A stretch of DNA of 64,000 nucleotides from an uncultured Clostridium sp. (GCA_947426525.1 CANEEJ010000001.1:23617-87616); one strand, 5' to 3'. Shown: positions 1 to 10,782, numbered from the stretch's first letter. Notes: generated by a model not told the origin, from the letters alone. Program-made: numbers and translations.

Positions 1-786
1 TCTTATATGAAGACGAAGGAGCATTGCAAAAAACAGATAAAATAGAAAATTATTATGGATTTGCAAATGGAATTGGTGGAAAAGAGTTATATGAAACAGG
101 AATTAACCAAGCTAAAAGTATAGGTGTTGAAATTCAAAAAGAAGAAGTGACAGGAATACAAATGCAAGAAAAAGGATTTGCAGTGAAAACCTCTAAAAGT
201 CTATATGAAACCAAAAGTATTATTTTAGCAACTGGTAACAAAAAGAATAAACCTAATATAAAGAATATAGATGATTTTGAAGGAAGAGGAGTTAGTTATT
301 GTGCTATATGTGATGGCTTTTTCTATCGCAACAAAAAAATAGCAGTTGTAGGGGATGGAAATTATGCTATTTCAGAATTAAATGAATTAGTTAATTTAAC
401 AGATAAGATAACTATTTTAACCAATGGAAAAAAAGAGCCAGAATTGAGGAACGATAAACAAGAGGGAATAGAAATTAACACAAAAGAAATCGAAGCTATT
501 TTAGGAAATGAAAAAGTAGAAAAAATCCAATTTAAAGATGGAACAACTTTAGAAACAGAAGGAATATTTATTGCTACAGGAGTAGCAGGAAGTATGGAAT
601 TTGCAAAAAAATTAGGCGTGTTAACACGGAAAAAATGAAATTAAAATCAATGAAAAGATGGAAACCAATATAAAAGGAATTTATGCTTGTGGTGATTGCA
701 CAGGAGGTTTACTACAAATTTCAAAAGCGGTGTATGAAGGAACAAAAGCTGGAATGGAAGTTATAAAATTTGTAAGAGGGATTTAA
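1..786 (+). CDS. trxB: thioredoxin-disulfide reductase, C-terminal part (5' end outside window). The frame breaks at an in-frame CGG near 628-630 and a +1 shift is needed to recover the conserved C-terminus.
   Basis: ORF 24..638 matches TrxB (CAIC redox motif; 'AVVG' may be a GxGxxG-type NAD(P)-binding motif). After ~630 the conserved C-terminus (GIYACGDCTGG...) continues in the +1 frame up to the stop at 784-786. Confidence 0.8.
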
Positions 787-820
787 GGACGTCCCTTAAA
801 AAGAAGAAGGAGGAATAAAA

Positions 821-1129
821 ATGAGTGTATTAAAAATAAGTGAGGAAAATTTTGAAGAAGAGGTTTTGAAGGCAGACAAGCCAGTTATAATAGATTTTTA
901 TGCTGACTGGTGTGGACCATGTAGAATGATGTCACCTATTATAGATGAAATAGCAGAAGAAAAGGCTGAAACGCTAAAGGTAGGAAAAGTTAATGTAGAT
1001 GAAAATCAAGAATTAGCTATGAAATATGGAGTAATGAGTATACCAACTATTGTTATTATCAAAAATGAAAAAGTAGAAAAAACTTTTGTCGGTGTAAGAA
1101 GTAAAAGCGAAATACTAGAAGCAATTTAA
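821..1129 (+). CDS. trxA: thioredoxin
   Basis: 102 aa with the WCGPC active site; a good RBS (aggagg) precedes the start. Confidence 0.9.
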   Translation: MSVLKISEENFEEEVLKADKPVIIDFYADWCGPCRMMSPIIDEIAEEKAETLKVGKVNVDENQELAMKYGVMSIPTIVIIKNEKVEKTFVGVRSKSEILEAI

Positions 1130-1136
1130 TGGGCGC

Positions 1137-1180
1137 AAAAATGAGACACTTAAGACCTGTCCCCAACCGTCTCATTTTTG
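1137..1180. repeat. GGGAC-core palindromic element, A-family: aatgagac..gacctgtcccc..gtctcatt. It is followed by a T-run and probably acts as the trxA terminator.
   Basis: Perfect 8-bp inverted arms aatgagac/gtctcatt flank the gacctgtcccc core; the same element recurs at 31780, 38545, 40548, 51671 and 60281. Confidence 0.8.
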
Positions 1181-2064
1181 TGCTTCCAAAAGTATTTTCA
1201 TATCATCTGGTAGGTTTGCTTCAAAAGTTAAAGCTTTTTTAGAAATAGGATGAATGCATGAGATTTTATAACTATGTAAGGCTTGTCTACTAATAAAAGG
1301 AGAAGGTGAGCCATATAAAGTGTCACCGAAGTAAAGGATGACCTATAGCAGACATATGTACACGAATTTGATGAGTTCTACCTGTTTCTAATTGGCATTT
1401 AACAAAACTAAATTTTTCAAATTCTTTTATTACTTCATAATGAGTAATGGAAGGTTGCCCTTTTTTTTCATCGACGCATCTTTCAATAATACTACCGTTT
1501 TTTCTTGCAATTGGTAAGGAGATGGTATCAGTTTTTTGATTTAATAAACCGTTTAACTAAACACAGATACTCTTTTTGAAAGGTTTTATCAGCCATCTGG
1601 CGAATGAAACACTCTTGTATATATTCACATTTAGCAAAAATGACAAGACCAGATGTATCTAAATCTAAGCGATTAACAGGACGAATTTTCTTTGCTAAAT
1701 GAATGGAGTTAAAATAAAATTTGATACCATTAGAAAGAGAATCAGTATAATGTAAGCGAGAAGGGTGAATAGGAATACCAGCAGGTTTATGAACAACTAA
1801 AAACCAGTCATCTTCATAAATGATATCTAAATTCATTTTGGTAGGAGTAATGTTGGAGCTATTTTCTGGCATAGCAAAGTTAATTTCTAGAATATCTCCT
1901 GAATTCACATTATCGTTAGTGTTACAGTTTTTTTGATTGACTAAGATTTTTTTATTTTTTATTAATTTGTTTAAAAGTCTAGTAGAAATATTTAATTCGT
2001 TTGTTAAAATATAGTTTATAGATTTTCCCGTATGATTGTTTTCTATTTTATAAATTATTTTCAT
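1172..2064 (-). CDS. RluA-family pseudouridine synthase. The frame breaks twice at in-frame CGG codons (plus-strand ccg near 1549-1551 and 1326-1328).
   Basis: Removing one C before GG at each site gives a continuous translation with RluA motifs: HRLDLDTSGLV, then GLLNQKTDTISLPIAR, then HPLLGDTLYGSP. The stop TGA lies inside a palindromic repeat arm. Confidence 0.7.
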
Positions 2065-2348
2065 AGTTTTTAAAATCTCCTTATAAGCTCAATTTTAATT
2101 ATTATACAAGGTTTTGTTTAGAAAAGCAATGGGAGTAGTTATGTAATAGCTTTTTATAAAAAAGAACAAAAAAGATTGAAAATTATGTAAATTTATGTTA
2201 TAATGCAAGGCGAAGTACATTGAAAATTAAAAATGTAGTAGTAACAAATGCAAATTTGTAAAAAAAAGAAAGGATGAAGCAAGATGAAACTAAAATTTCA
2301 GCAGGCTATTTTAGATGTTGAATCTAAAAACAACAAGGAGGTCTAAAA

Positions 2349-3212
2349 ATGGGAAAAAGTGAACAAGTTAAAATTCCTGAAGAACCAGTATGGCAAACAT
2401 TAAGAGAAAAATTGGACTGTGAAGATTGTGAAAATAGTTCCTGTTCTCATCGGGGTTATTTTGGACACAGTCTACATATGCTGATGGATTGTCCTAAAAA
2501 AGCGGTACCCATTAATTTCTTTCTCAACTATGTTTCGGCAATTCCTATTTTCTTTTTATTTAGGAAAATATTTAGTTTGACATCTGGAAAGTTCTTTTTA
2601 TCACTATTCGTTTCACTTGTGGTTTTATTTTTCTATGATATGACTTTTGTCGTAATTGAAAAAATAATTGGAATGTTTTTTACCAATTTAGAAAAGAAGC
2701 GACTGGAGGATTATCAGAAAAAACTTAAAAAAATAGAAGAAATGAAGAATGAGAAGGAAGAACGAGAAAGACAGGAGAAAGAAAGAGAAAGGCAACGTTT
2801 GAAAGATATTGAAGATGCCCGTGCTATATACAATCGATTTAAGAAACTAGAGAGTTCAAAGGTAATAAAAGAAAGATTTAGCAAGCCATATGATGAAATG
2901 CTTGTAGGATTAAAAGAAGTGTGTGATGATTTACAATTAGAGCACTTTTCCAATCGAGTGGTAAAAAATCTATTTAAGTTTTATTTGCCAGAACTCTTAG
3001 ATGCTTCTGAAAAGTTTGTAGCAGAGTATGAAAAAGAGCTCTTATCACCCAAAGAATTAGCAATTTTTCGGAAACTGTTAAAAACAGCAGAAGAAAACTT
3101 TGGAACAGCGAAAAGGGCTATGCAGCAACATCAAAAAGCTTCTAATAGCTTGTATGCTAACATGCTAGAATTAGATGAAGCATTTTCTTCAACAAGAACA
3201 AGGAGGTTATAG
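2349..3212 (+). CDS. hypothetical membrane and coiled-coil protein, possibly XpaC-like
   Basis: Strong SD (aaggagg) 7 nt upstream. An N-terminal Cys-rich stretch is followed by two TM helices and a long KE-rich coiled coil. It contains two in-frame CGG codons that appear to be read as Arg. Confidence 0.45.
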   Translation: MGKSEQVKIPEEPVWQTLREKLDCEDCENSSCSHRGYFGHSLHMLMDCPKKAVPINFFLNYVSAIPIFFLFRKIFSLTSGKFFLSLFVSLVVLFFYDMTFVVIEKIIGMFFTNLEKKRLEDYQKKLKKIEEMKNEKEERERQEKERERQRLKDIEDARAIYNRFKKLESSKVIKERFSKPYDEMLVGLKEVCDDLQLEHFSNRVVKNLFKFYLPELLDASEKFVAEYEKELLSPKELAIFRKLLKTAEENFGTAKRAMQQHQKASNSLYANMLELDEAFSSTRTRRL

Positions 3213-3213
3213 A

Positions 3214-4245
3214 ATGAAAACTGGGAAACGTATTTTTGTGTGGATGATTGTTTTGGCTATAAGTGTAGTGTTTACGATGAAGGAAGAAGATAAATCTAAG
3301 CCTATACAGAAAACGACTGCTTATGTTTCTTCTGACTTCAAAGAAAGTTATGGAGGAATAGAAGAAAGTTTTAATGAGCATGAGCTAGGTTACTCTTTAC
3401 AAGTTTCCAATAAAAGAATGGCAGGCGACAGCTTTGTAATCACAACTGATATCAATGAGGTATCATCAAAAGATTATGAAGTAATGGGAAAAACTCCATT
3501 GCTTGTCGTTATGAAACGGAAGGGAGACATGTTAAAAAGCTATAAAGAAAATGGTCTATTGTCAGGAAAAATGAAGATAGATGAAGATGATGAGGTGGAA
3601 ATTAACTTCAAAAAAATAATGGAAGCTGTACTTAAAAATGAAAAATGGAGTAAGTTCGGCGGAAAGGACAAAGAAATTAAAGTCTTTTATCCAGAACCTG
3701 ATACAGTAGAAGGCAAATTGTTTAAGCATTTTCTTTTAATTACGGCTAATAATGGTTCCTATCCAACAACACAGGAGGAAGTTCAAGCAGCACAGGAATT
3801 GGTAGATCAATTTTTAGCAAATCCAAATGTGAAGGCTGTCAATGTCATGAATCGATTGACCGGTGTTAATGATATTGGAAGTGACATTTATGTTACTTTT
3901 GAAAACAATATTATGCAGTTGGATGAAGATGAATATGAAGACGAATTTTATGTTAGCTATCCAAAAGAAACAGTAGTAAAGGAAATATTTTTTGAAAGTA
4001 AATCTGAAATTGGAGATAAAACACAAAAAATATTGGGAGAAGATCCGGGTTTCTTTAGCAATAGTATAGCATGTGAAATTTGTAAAAGTAACACCAAATA
4101 TCGATATGAAGCAAGAAAAGATATTGAAGAATACCGCGATCACGCTGAGAATGGCATTTGGAATTCAATAAATTTTAAAAATGCTTACAATGCTATTGAA
4201 ATTCCAGAAAATGCACTGCGTTCGACAGACCCAATAATTCCATAA
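3214..4245 (+). CDS. hypothetical secreted or lipoprotein-like protein
   Basis: N-terminal hydrophobic signal-anchor; one in-frame CGG is read as Arg in the ORF-track translation; a GGGACG hairpin terminator follows. Confidence 0.45.
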   Translation: MKTGKRIFVWMIVLAISVVFTMKEEDKSKPIQKTTAYVSSDFKESYGGIEESFNEHELGYSLQVSNKRMAGDSFVITTDINEVSSKDYEVMGKTPLLVVMKRKGDMLKSYKENGLLSGKMKIDEDDEVEINFKKIMEAVLKNEKWSKFGGKDKEIKVFYPEPDTVEGKLFKHFLLITANNGSYPTTQEEVQAAQELVDQFLANPNVKAVNVMNRLTGVNDIGSDIYVTFENNIMQLDEDEYEDEFYVSYPKETVVKEIFFESKSEIGDKTQKILGEDPGFFSNSIACEICKSNTKYRYEARKDIEEYRDHAENGIWNSINFKNAYNAIEIPENALRSTDPIIP

Positions 4246-4257
4246 TTACTACATTTT

Positions 4258-4295
4258 TAGCGTCCCTAATTCAAATGAGTTAGGGACGTTTTTTG
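4258..4295 (+). terminator. intrinsic terminator (hairpin aacgtccctaa / ttagggacgtt plus T-run)
   Basis: Perfect 11-bp stem followed by TTTTTT. Confidence 0.75.
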
Positions 4296-4448
4296 GTGGT
4301 CGCTTACGCAGTGTTTCAAAATTATATAAGTTGCCCCTTACTTGGCAAAAGTCGAAGTTTAAATTTTGTAGTAGAAGATTGAAAAAAATAAAAAAATTCA
4401 GTATAATAAGAATGCAAAAAAATATAGACAAGAAAGGAATCGAAAAAA

Positions 4449-5126
4449 ATGAGAATTCGATATAAAAAATGGGCAAGACCAGAATTAGAAGCCAGTAAAT
4501 TTTACAGAGATGAGCCAGAAAAATTAAAAGGAAAATGGAAAGAAGAATTTGAAAATCCAAATCAACCTTTACATTTAGAATTAGGATGTGGAAAAGGGCA
4601 ATTTATGGCTAGATTGGCAGTAGAAAATCCAAATACAAATTATATAGCAATTGACCTAGTAGATGCTATGTTAGGTCTAGCGAAAAGAAATATTGAACAA
4701 GCCTATCAAGAAGCCAATAAAGAACCTAAAAATGTTTTAATTACAAGATTTGACATTGAAAGAATTTTTCTTATTTTAGAAAAAAAGGATGAAGTAGAAA
4801 GAATTTATATTAATTTTTGTAATCCATGGCCAAGAGGAAAACACAGAAAAAAGAGATTGACCCATTCCATCCAATTAGAAAAATATAAACAATTTCTAAA
4901 AGAAAAGGGAGAAATTTATTTCAAAACCGATGATGACGAATTATTTGAAGCTAGTTTAATCTATTTAGAAGAAAGTGGATTTGAAATTGTGAAAAAAACT
5001 TATGATTTGCATGAACAACCAATCTTTGAAAAAAATATAGAAACAGAACATGAAAAAATGTTTTCGGAACAAGGAATTAAAATCAAAGCGTGTATAGCAA
5101 GATTACAACAAGGAAAGAAGGAGTAA
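4449..5126 (+). CDS. trmB: tRNA (guanine46-N7)-methyltransferase
   Basis: LELGCGKGQF SAM motif, typical TrmB length; a promoter-like ttgaaa..tataat lies upstream. Confidence 0.85.
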   Translation: MRIRYKKWARPELEASKFYRDEPEKLKGKWKEEFENPNQPLHLELGCGKGQFMARLAVENPNTNYIAIDLVDAMLGLAKRNIEQAYQEANKEPKNVLITRFDIERIFLILEKKDEVERIYINFCNPWPRGKHRKKRLTHSIQLEKYKQFLKEKGEIYFKTDDDELFEASLIYLEESGFEIVKKTYDLHEQPIFEKNIETEHEKMFSEQGIKIKACIARLQQGKKE

Positions 5127-5129
5127 AAC

Positions 5130-5642
5130 ATGGAAATACAAGAGGTAGTAGACAATTGCAATGATAGAGAATTTGTATTAAAAGCTGTAAAAGAAAATGG
5201 AAAGTTTTTAGACTTTGTAGCAGAGGCATTTAAAGATGATAAAGGAGTAGTGAAAATAGCGTTACACCAAGATAGTGAGGCTTTAGAATTTGTAAGCGAA
5301 AGACTAAAAGATGATAAAGAAATAGTAGCAATGGGAATAAAAGGAGCACCTTGGACGATTTGTTATGCTTCTGAAAGGCTAAGAGCAGATAAAGAATTAG
5401 TATTAGAAAGTTGTAAGAATTATGGACAAGCTTTATATTATGCGGTAGAAGAACTTCGCGATGATGAAGAAGTAGTTAAGGCAGCTATTACCAATAAAGG
5501 TAGTATTATTAAGTATGCAAGTGATAGATTACGAGACAACAAAGAACTTGCTATCATTGCTGTTAAACAAGATAAATCAGCTTATCATTTTTTATCTTGG
5601 AGACTAAGACAAGAGGAAGAAATAAAAAATGCAATGGCTTAA
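5130..5642 (+). CDS. DUF4116 repeat protein
   Basis: Tandem repeats of about 30 aa (EFV..A..D..VV..A...), characteristic of DUF4116. Confidence 0.55.
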   Translation: MEIQEVVDNCNDREFVLKAVKENGKFLDFVAEAFKDDKGVVKIALHQDSEALEFVSERLKDDKEIVAMGIKGAPWTICYASERLRADKELVLESCKNYGQALYYAVEELRDDEEVVKAAITNKGSIIKYASDRLRDNKELAIIAVKQDKSAYHFLSWRLRQEEEIKNAMA

Positions 5643-5729
5643 AATCGATAAACTTTTCTAAAACTACTTGTACTTTTTTAGAATTGTTTATATAATAAGA
5701 ATGTAAAAGAAGAAGGAGGAGAAAGAAAA

Positions 5730-6722
5730 ATGTCGTTTATTGAGGAAATAAAACAAAGAGCGAAAAAAGAAATTAAGACAATTGTTCTTCCTGAAGCAGA
5801 AGATATTAGAATTTTACAAGCAACAGAGCAAGTACTAAAAGAGCAATATGCGAATATTGTATTAGTAGGAAATCAAAAAAATATAGAAAAAAAGGCAGAA
5901 GAAAATCATTTGAACATTAAAGATGCTAAAATTATAGATCCATCAACTGCTGAAGAATATGAAAAATATGTTAATTTATTATATGAATTAAGAAAACATA
6001 AAGGAATGACAATAGAAAAAGCACAAGAATTAGTAAAAGACCCTGTTTATTATGGAATGCTTATGGTAAAAGAGGGAAAAGCAGATGGACTTGTTTCTGG
6101 TGCAGTTCATTCTACTTCAGATACATTAAGACCAGCCCTGCAAATATTAAAAACGGCACCTGATACAAAACTAGTTTCTGCTTTTTTTGTTATGGTAGTT
6201 CCAGACTGTGAGTATGGAGAAAAAGGAACATTTGTATTTGCAGATAGTGGTCTTAACGAAAATCCAGATGCAGAGAGCTTGTCAGAAATAGCCATTTCTT
6301 CTAGTAAAAGTTTTAGACAATTAGTAGAAAAAGAACCAAAGGTAGCGATGCTTTCTTATTCAACTTATGGAAGTGCAAAATCAGAATTGACAGAAAAAGT
6401 GATAGAGGCAACCAATTTAGTTAAACAAAAAGACCAAAATATTTTGGTAGATGGAGAGCTTCAATTGGATAGTGCGATTGTTCCAGAAGTTGCTCAATTA
6501 AAGGCTCCTAATAGTCCTTTAAAGGGGGAGGCAAATGTATTGGTGTTTCCAGATTTGAATACAGGAAATATTGGTTATAAGTTGGTGCAAAGATTGGCTA
6601 AGGCAGAGGCTTATGGTCCTCTTTGCCAGGGAATTAGTAAACCTGTGAATGATTTGTCTAGAGGTTGTAGCTGGGAAGATGTGGCAGGGGTTGTTGCAAT
6701 TACTGCTGTGCAAGCTCAGTAA
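5730..6722 (+). CDS. pta: phosphate acetyltransferase (or butyryltransferase)
   Basis: 330 aa PTA_PTB-family protein (GDSGLNENP..., SRGCS motif), sitting upstream of two acetate/butyrate kinase genes. Confidence 0.8.
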   Translation: MSFIEEIKQRAKKEIKTIVLPEAEDIRILQATEQVLKEQYANIVLVGNQKNIEKKAEENHLNIKDAKIIDPSTAEEYEKYVNLLYELRKHKGMTIEKAQELVKDPVYYGMLMVKEGKADGLVSGAVHSTSDTLRPALQILKTAPDTKLVSAFFVMVVPDCEYGEKGTFVFADSGLNENPDAESLSEIAISSSKSFRQLVEKEPKVAMLSYSTYGSAKSELTEKVIEATNLVKQKDQNILVDGELQLDSAIVPEVAQLKAPNSPLKGEANVLVFPDLNTGNIGYKLVQRLAKAEAYGPLCQGISKPVNDLSRGCSWEDVAGVVAITAVQAQ

Positions 6723-6744
6723 AATTAATGAAAATCAGCATCTT

Positions 6745-6822
6745 GCACATTTTCGCTCTTAATTACAAACCTTGATGTACCCTCGTACACCTTCGGCTTG
6801 TAATTAAGATTGAAAATGCACA
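6745..6822. repeat. long imperfect palindrome (about 78 bp) between pta and ackA
   Basis: An outer stem tgcacattttc/gaaaatgcaca, an inner 11-bp perfect stem cttaattacaa/ttgtaattaag and a small gtac..gtac hairpin; no clean U-run follows. Confidence 0.5.
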
Positions 6823-6921
6823 ATATACTAATTTTGATTAATTTTATAATCAAATGAAAAGCTTCGTTTTATTGTGTTATTAAAAATAATAAAATTTTAG
6901 ATGAAAAGGAGGGACTAGATT

Positions 6922-8119
6922 ATGAAAATTTTAGTTCTAAACTCAGGAAGTTCATCATTAAAATATCAAGTGATTGATATGCAAACAGAAGAGATGTTAG
7001 CAAAGGGATATTTTGAAAGAATTGGTCAACCAAACTCTTTTCTAACACATAAAGTAAATGGTGTGGCACACAAATTCGAACATCCAGCTAAAAACCATGA
7101 AAAAGCCATCAATTTTGTTTTAAACCGATTAACAAATGAAAATTATGGAGTATTAAAAGATTTAGGAGAGTTAGCAGGAATTGGACATAGAGTGGTTCAT
7201 GGAGGAGAAAAATTTAGTGACTCTGTTATCATAACCAATGAAGTAATTGAAGAAATTAAAAAATGTTCTGATTTAGCACCATTACATAATCCAGCATGTA
7301 TTTTAGGAATTGAAGCTTGTAAAAAAATAGTGCCAAACATGCCAATGGTAGCTGTATTTGATACCGCATTTCATCAAACCATAGCAGAAGATAAGTATAT
7401 GTATCCAATTCCTTATAAATATTATAAAAGATATGCAGTAAGAAAATATGGATTTCATGGAACGTCTCACCAATATGTTTCTGGTAGAGTAGCGGAAATT
7501 ATGGGAAAAGATATCAAAGAATTAAAAATAGTAAATTGTCACTTAGGACAAGGATGTAGTGTCTGTGCTATTAAAGATGGAAAATCAGTAGAAACCAGTA
7601 TGGGGTTAACACCACTTCGGAGGAATTCCAATGGGAACTAGAAGTGGAGATTTAGATCCATCCATTCTTACTTATTTAATGCAAAAAGAAAACCTAACAG
7701 CAGATGACATGAATTTTATCCTAAACAAAGAATCAGGTGTTTATGGAATATCAGGAGTATCTGTAGACTTTAGAGATATTGAAACAGAAGCATTATCAGG
7801 AGGAAAACGAGCACAATTATCTTTGGATGTGTATCATTATCTAGTAGCTTGTTATGTAGCAAGATGTGCAGTAGCTATGGGAGGAATTGATGTTTTAACC
7901 TTTACAGCTGGAGTAGGAGAAAAAGGACCGATGTCAAGAAAAGCTATCTGTGAGCAATTAGAATTTTTAGGTGTTAAAATAGATGAAGAAAAGAACCAAA
8001 TTAGAGGAGAAGAAGCCGAAATATCAGCTTCTGATTCAAGAGTGAAAATTTATATTGTTCCAACTAATGAAGAATTAATGATAGCAAGAGAAACTTTAAA
8101 ATTAGTAAACAGGGATTAA
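6922..8119 (+). CDS. ackA: acetate/butyrate kinase paralog 1. The frame breaks at an in-frame CGG near 7618-7620.
   Basis: ORFs 6922..7641 and 7631..8119 together align colinearly with the downstream paralog. Removing the C gives [18 protein letters not shown], against LTPLGGIPMVTRCGDLDP in paralog 2. Confidence 0.8.
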
Positions 8120-8196
8120 GGGACACCCCTTGAAAAACAATTTCCCCATTTAAATTTAGAACAAGTGGGGGTAACAAAGAAAGGAAGATTTAAAAA

Positions 8197-9387
8197 ATGA
8201 AAATACTAGTATTAAATTGTGGAAGTTCATCACTAAAATATCAACTAATCGATATGGAGACAGAAGAGGTATTAGCTTCTGGAAAATATGAAAGAATAGG
8301 AGAAAAAGAAGCGTTTATTACACACAAAGCACAAGGACAAAAAAAGCAAATTGAAAATCCAGCTTATAATCATACAGAAGCAATTGAATTTGCATTAAAG
8401 CAGCTTACCAATCCAGAATATAAAGTAATTGATAGCTTAGATGAAATTGAAGCAATTGGACATCGTTTGGTTCATGGAGGAGAGAAAATTGCAGAATCTG
8501 TTGTAATTGACGATAGTGTGATTGAAGTATTAAAAGATTGCACTGATTTAGCACCATTACACAATCCAGCATGTATTTTAGGAATTGAGGCTTGTCAAAA
8601 TGTAATGCCAAATAAACCAATGGTAGGAGTATTTGATACTGCTTTCCATCAATCCATTCCAAAGGAAAGATATATTTATCCAATTCCATATGAATATTAT
8701 GAAAAATATGGTGTAAGAAAATATGGTTTCCATGGAACTTCACATATGTTTGTTTCACAAAGATTAGCAGAAATAGAAAACAAGTCAATAGAAGAAATGA
8801 AAATTGTAACTTGCCATTTAGGACAAGGAGCTAGTATTTGTGCTATTGAAGGCGGAAAATCAGTTGATACTAGTATGGGATTAACGCCATTAGGAGGAAT
8901 TCCAATGGTAACAAGATGTGGAGATTTAGACCCATCCATTTTACTATATTTAATGAAAAAGGAAAAATTATCAGCAGAAGAAATGGAAACAATTTTAAAT
9001 AAACAATCTGGAGTGCAAGCTATTTCAGGATTAGTACCAGACTTTAGAGAAATTGAAACTGCTGGAAACGAAGGAAATGAAAGAGCAAAAATGGCATTAG
9101 ATAGTTTCAAATATGCAATTGCAAGTTATATTGCTAAATATGCAGTAGCCATGAATGGTGTAGATTACATTATTTTTACAGGAGGAATTGGTGAAAATCA
9201 AATTAATATCAGAAAGGGAATTTGCGAACAATTAAAATTTATGGGAGTAGAAATTGATGTAGAAGCAAATCAAGTTAGAAGCGAAGAGAAAGTTATTTCA
9301 AAACCAAATTCTAAAGTTAAATTATATGTAATTCCAACGAATGAAGAGTTGATGATTGCAAAGGAAACAGAAAGATTAGTAAAATAA
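8197..9387 (+). CDS. ackA: acetate kinase paralog 2
   Basis: Intact 396 aa protein of the acetokinase family, starting with [16 protein letters not shown]. Confidence 0.9.
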   Translation: MKILVLNCGSSSLKYQLIDMETEEVLASGKYERIGEKEAFITHKAQGQKKQIENPAYNHTEAIEFALKQLTNPEYKVIDSLDEIEAIGHRLVHGGEKIAESVVIDDSVIEVLKDCTDLAPLHNPACILGIEACQNVMPNKPMVGVFDTAFHQSIPKERYIYPIPYEYYEKYGVRKYGFHGTSHMFVSQRLAEIENKSIEEMKIVTCHLGQGASICAIEGGKSVDTSMGLTPLGGIPMVTRCGDLDPSILLYLMKKEKLSAEEMETILNKQSGVQAISGLVPDFREIETAGNEGNERAKMALDSFKYAIASYIAKYAVAMNGVDYIIFTGGIGENQINIRKGICEQLKFMGVEIDVEANQVRSEEKVISKPNSKVKLYVIPTNEELMIAKETERLVK

Positions 9388-9552
9388 TAAAAGAAGGGCA
9401 GAAAAGATTTTTAAATTTTTTCTGTTTTTTTATTGACAAACGATGGAACATATGATTAAATATTGACTATAAAAATGAAAAGGCAATATTTACATATTAC
9501 TCAAAAACACCTCATGAAGTTCCTTCATATTAGTAAGAAAGGTGGTGATGAA

Positions 9553-10116
9553 ATGGAAACTTCAACAGAAAATATAATTTTAAAAGAAATACGAGCAGTT
9601 AGAACAGAATTACAGGACTTTAGAGCAGAAAATGAAAAACGCTGGGAAGAGAATGACAAACGTTGGGAACAAAACGAAAAACGTTGGGAAGAAAATGACA
9701 AACGTTGGGAACAAAACGAAAAGCGTTGGGAAGAAAATGACAAACGTTGGAAGCAAAACGAAAAGCGTTGGGAACAAAATGATAAAAAGTTAGAAGAGAT
9801 AAACCAAAGATTAGATAGTAATACAGAAAGAATAACAGCATTAGAAGAAGGTCGCGTAGAAGACAAAAGAAGTATTCTAGTAGTATTAGAAACTATGCAA
9901 AAAAGTATTGATAGTCAATTTAAAGAAATGAAAGACTATATGGATGTGAAATTTGACCAACTTTTTACAGCCAAAAGAGAAAATGAAGCAGAGCATGCTG
10001 AATTTAAAAAATTACTATGTGTTTATGGAAGAAGAATTGATTTTCATAATGCAAGAATAAAATTTTTAGAAGAATGGAAAGAGCAAACAGATTTTAGTGA
10101 ATATGAAGCAGTGTAG
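9553..10116 (+). CDS. coiled-coil protein with tandem heptad N(E/D)KRWE(E/Q) repeats
   Basis: A 21-bp unit is repeated about 8 times in frame across 9631-9798. The RBS aaaggtgg precedes the ATG at 9553; a promoter-like ttgaca..N17..tattga lies upstream. Confidence 0.5.
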   Translation: METSTENIILKEIRAVRTELQDFRAENEKRWEENDKRWEQNEKRWEENDKRWEQNEKRWEENDKRWKQNEKRWEQNDKKLEEINQRLDSNTERITALEEGRVEDKRSILVVLETMQKSIDSQFKEMKDYMDVKFDQLFTAKRENEAEHAEFKKLLCVYGRRIDFHNARIKFLEEWKEQTDFSEYEAV

Positions 10117-10164
10117 TCTTTTTTGAAAAAATACTTGCAAAATAAAAAAAACATGATATAATAT

Positions 10165-10460
10165 AATACAATAAATAAAAGAGAAAAACGATAACAAGGA
10201 CACGATAAATAATATAATATCTTAAAGAGAGCCAAAGGGAGCTGGAAATTTGGTAAGTAAAAATTATTTATTATCACCTTATAAGTTGTTAGACTGAAAT
10301 TTTGGTTAAAAGAAGATTAAGTTTAACCGTATCTCCTGCGTTAAAGGAAAATGAAGAGAGTAAATAAATTTACTAAAATAGGTGGTACCGCGGAATCAAA
10401 AGCTATTTCGTCCTAATTAATCAGTTACATTGATTAGGATTGAAATAGCTTTATTTGTAT
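10165..10460 (+). promoter_or_regulatory. T-box riboswitch leader with terminator/antiterminator
   Basis: A sigma-A-like promoter (ttgcaa-N17-tataat at 10135-10161) starts the leader. The conserved T-box motif aaataGGTGGTACCGCGg is at 10377-10394, overlapping the terminator hairpin aaagctatttc...gaaatagcttt plus a T-run (10399-10455). An AGAGA-containing stem I region is present. Confidence 0.6.
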
Positions 10461-10536
10461 TAAAACAAATGAAAAGCAATACTTTTGATTTGTTTTATAA
10501 AAATAAAAAAGGAAAGAAAGAGAGGAACATGAAAAA

Positions 10537-10782
10537 ATGAGAGAACTAAAAATTAATGGAGTTTACAAACACTTTAAAGGAGACTACTATATCGTAGAAA
10601 ATGTAGCAACATTTAGTGAAACAAGAGAAAAACTAGTAATCTATCGTGGATTATATGGAAACAATGAACTATATGCTAGACCATATGAAATGTTCTTATC
10701 AGAAGTAGACCACGAAAAATATCCAAACGTAGAGCAAAAGTACAGATTTGAACTACAAGAAATCGAAAGCAAAAACAAATAA
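10537..10782 (+). CDS. DUF1653 family small protein
   Basis: 81 aa; the GxY.HFKG.YY.V....F.E.....V.YR.LYG motif is typical of DUF1653. It lies between the T-box leader and ileS. Confidence 0.55.
   Translation: MRELKINGVYKHFKGDYYIVENVATFSETREKLVIYRGLYGNNELYARPYEMFLSEVDHEKYPNVEQKYRFELQEIESKNK

Noticed and set aside
2714-2953. Antisense ORFs inside larger genes (for example 2714..2953, 3814..4143, 8405..9110, 9525..9866, 36381..37112, 53346..54332)
   Set aside because: They are low-complexity translations of the opposite strand of well-supported genes, and they have no RBS or start context.
9631-9798. A regular 21-bp tandem array that superficially resembles CRISPR repeats
   Set aside because: The units are contiguous with no spacers, lie inside an ORF in frame, and encode a heptad-repeat protein. 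There is no leader sequence and there are no cas genes.
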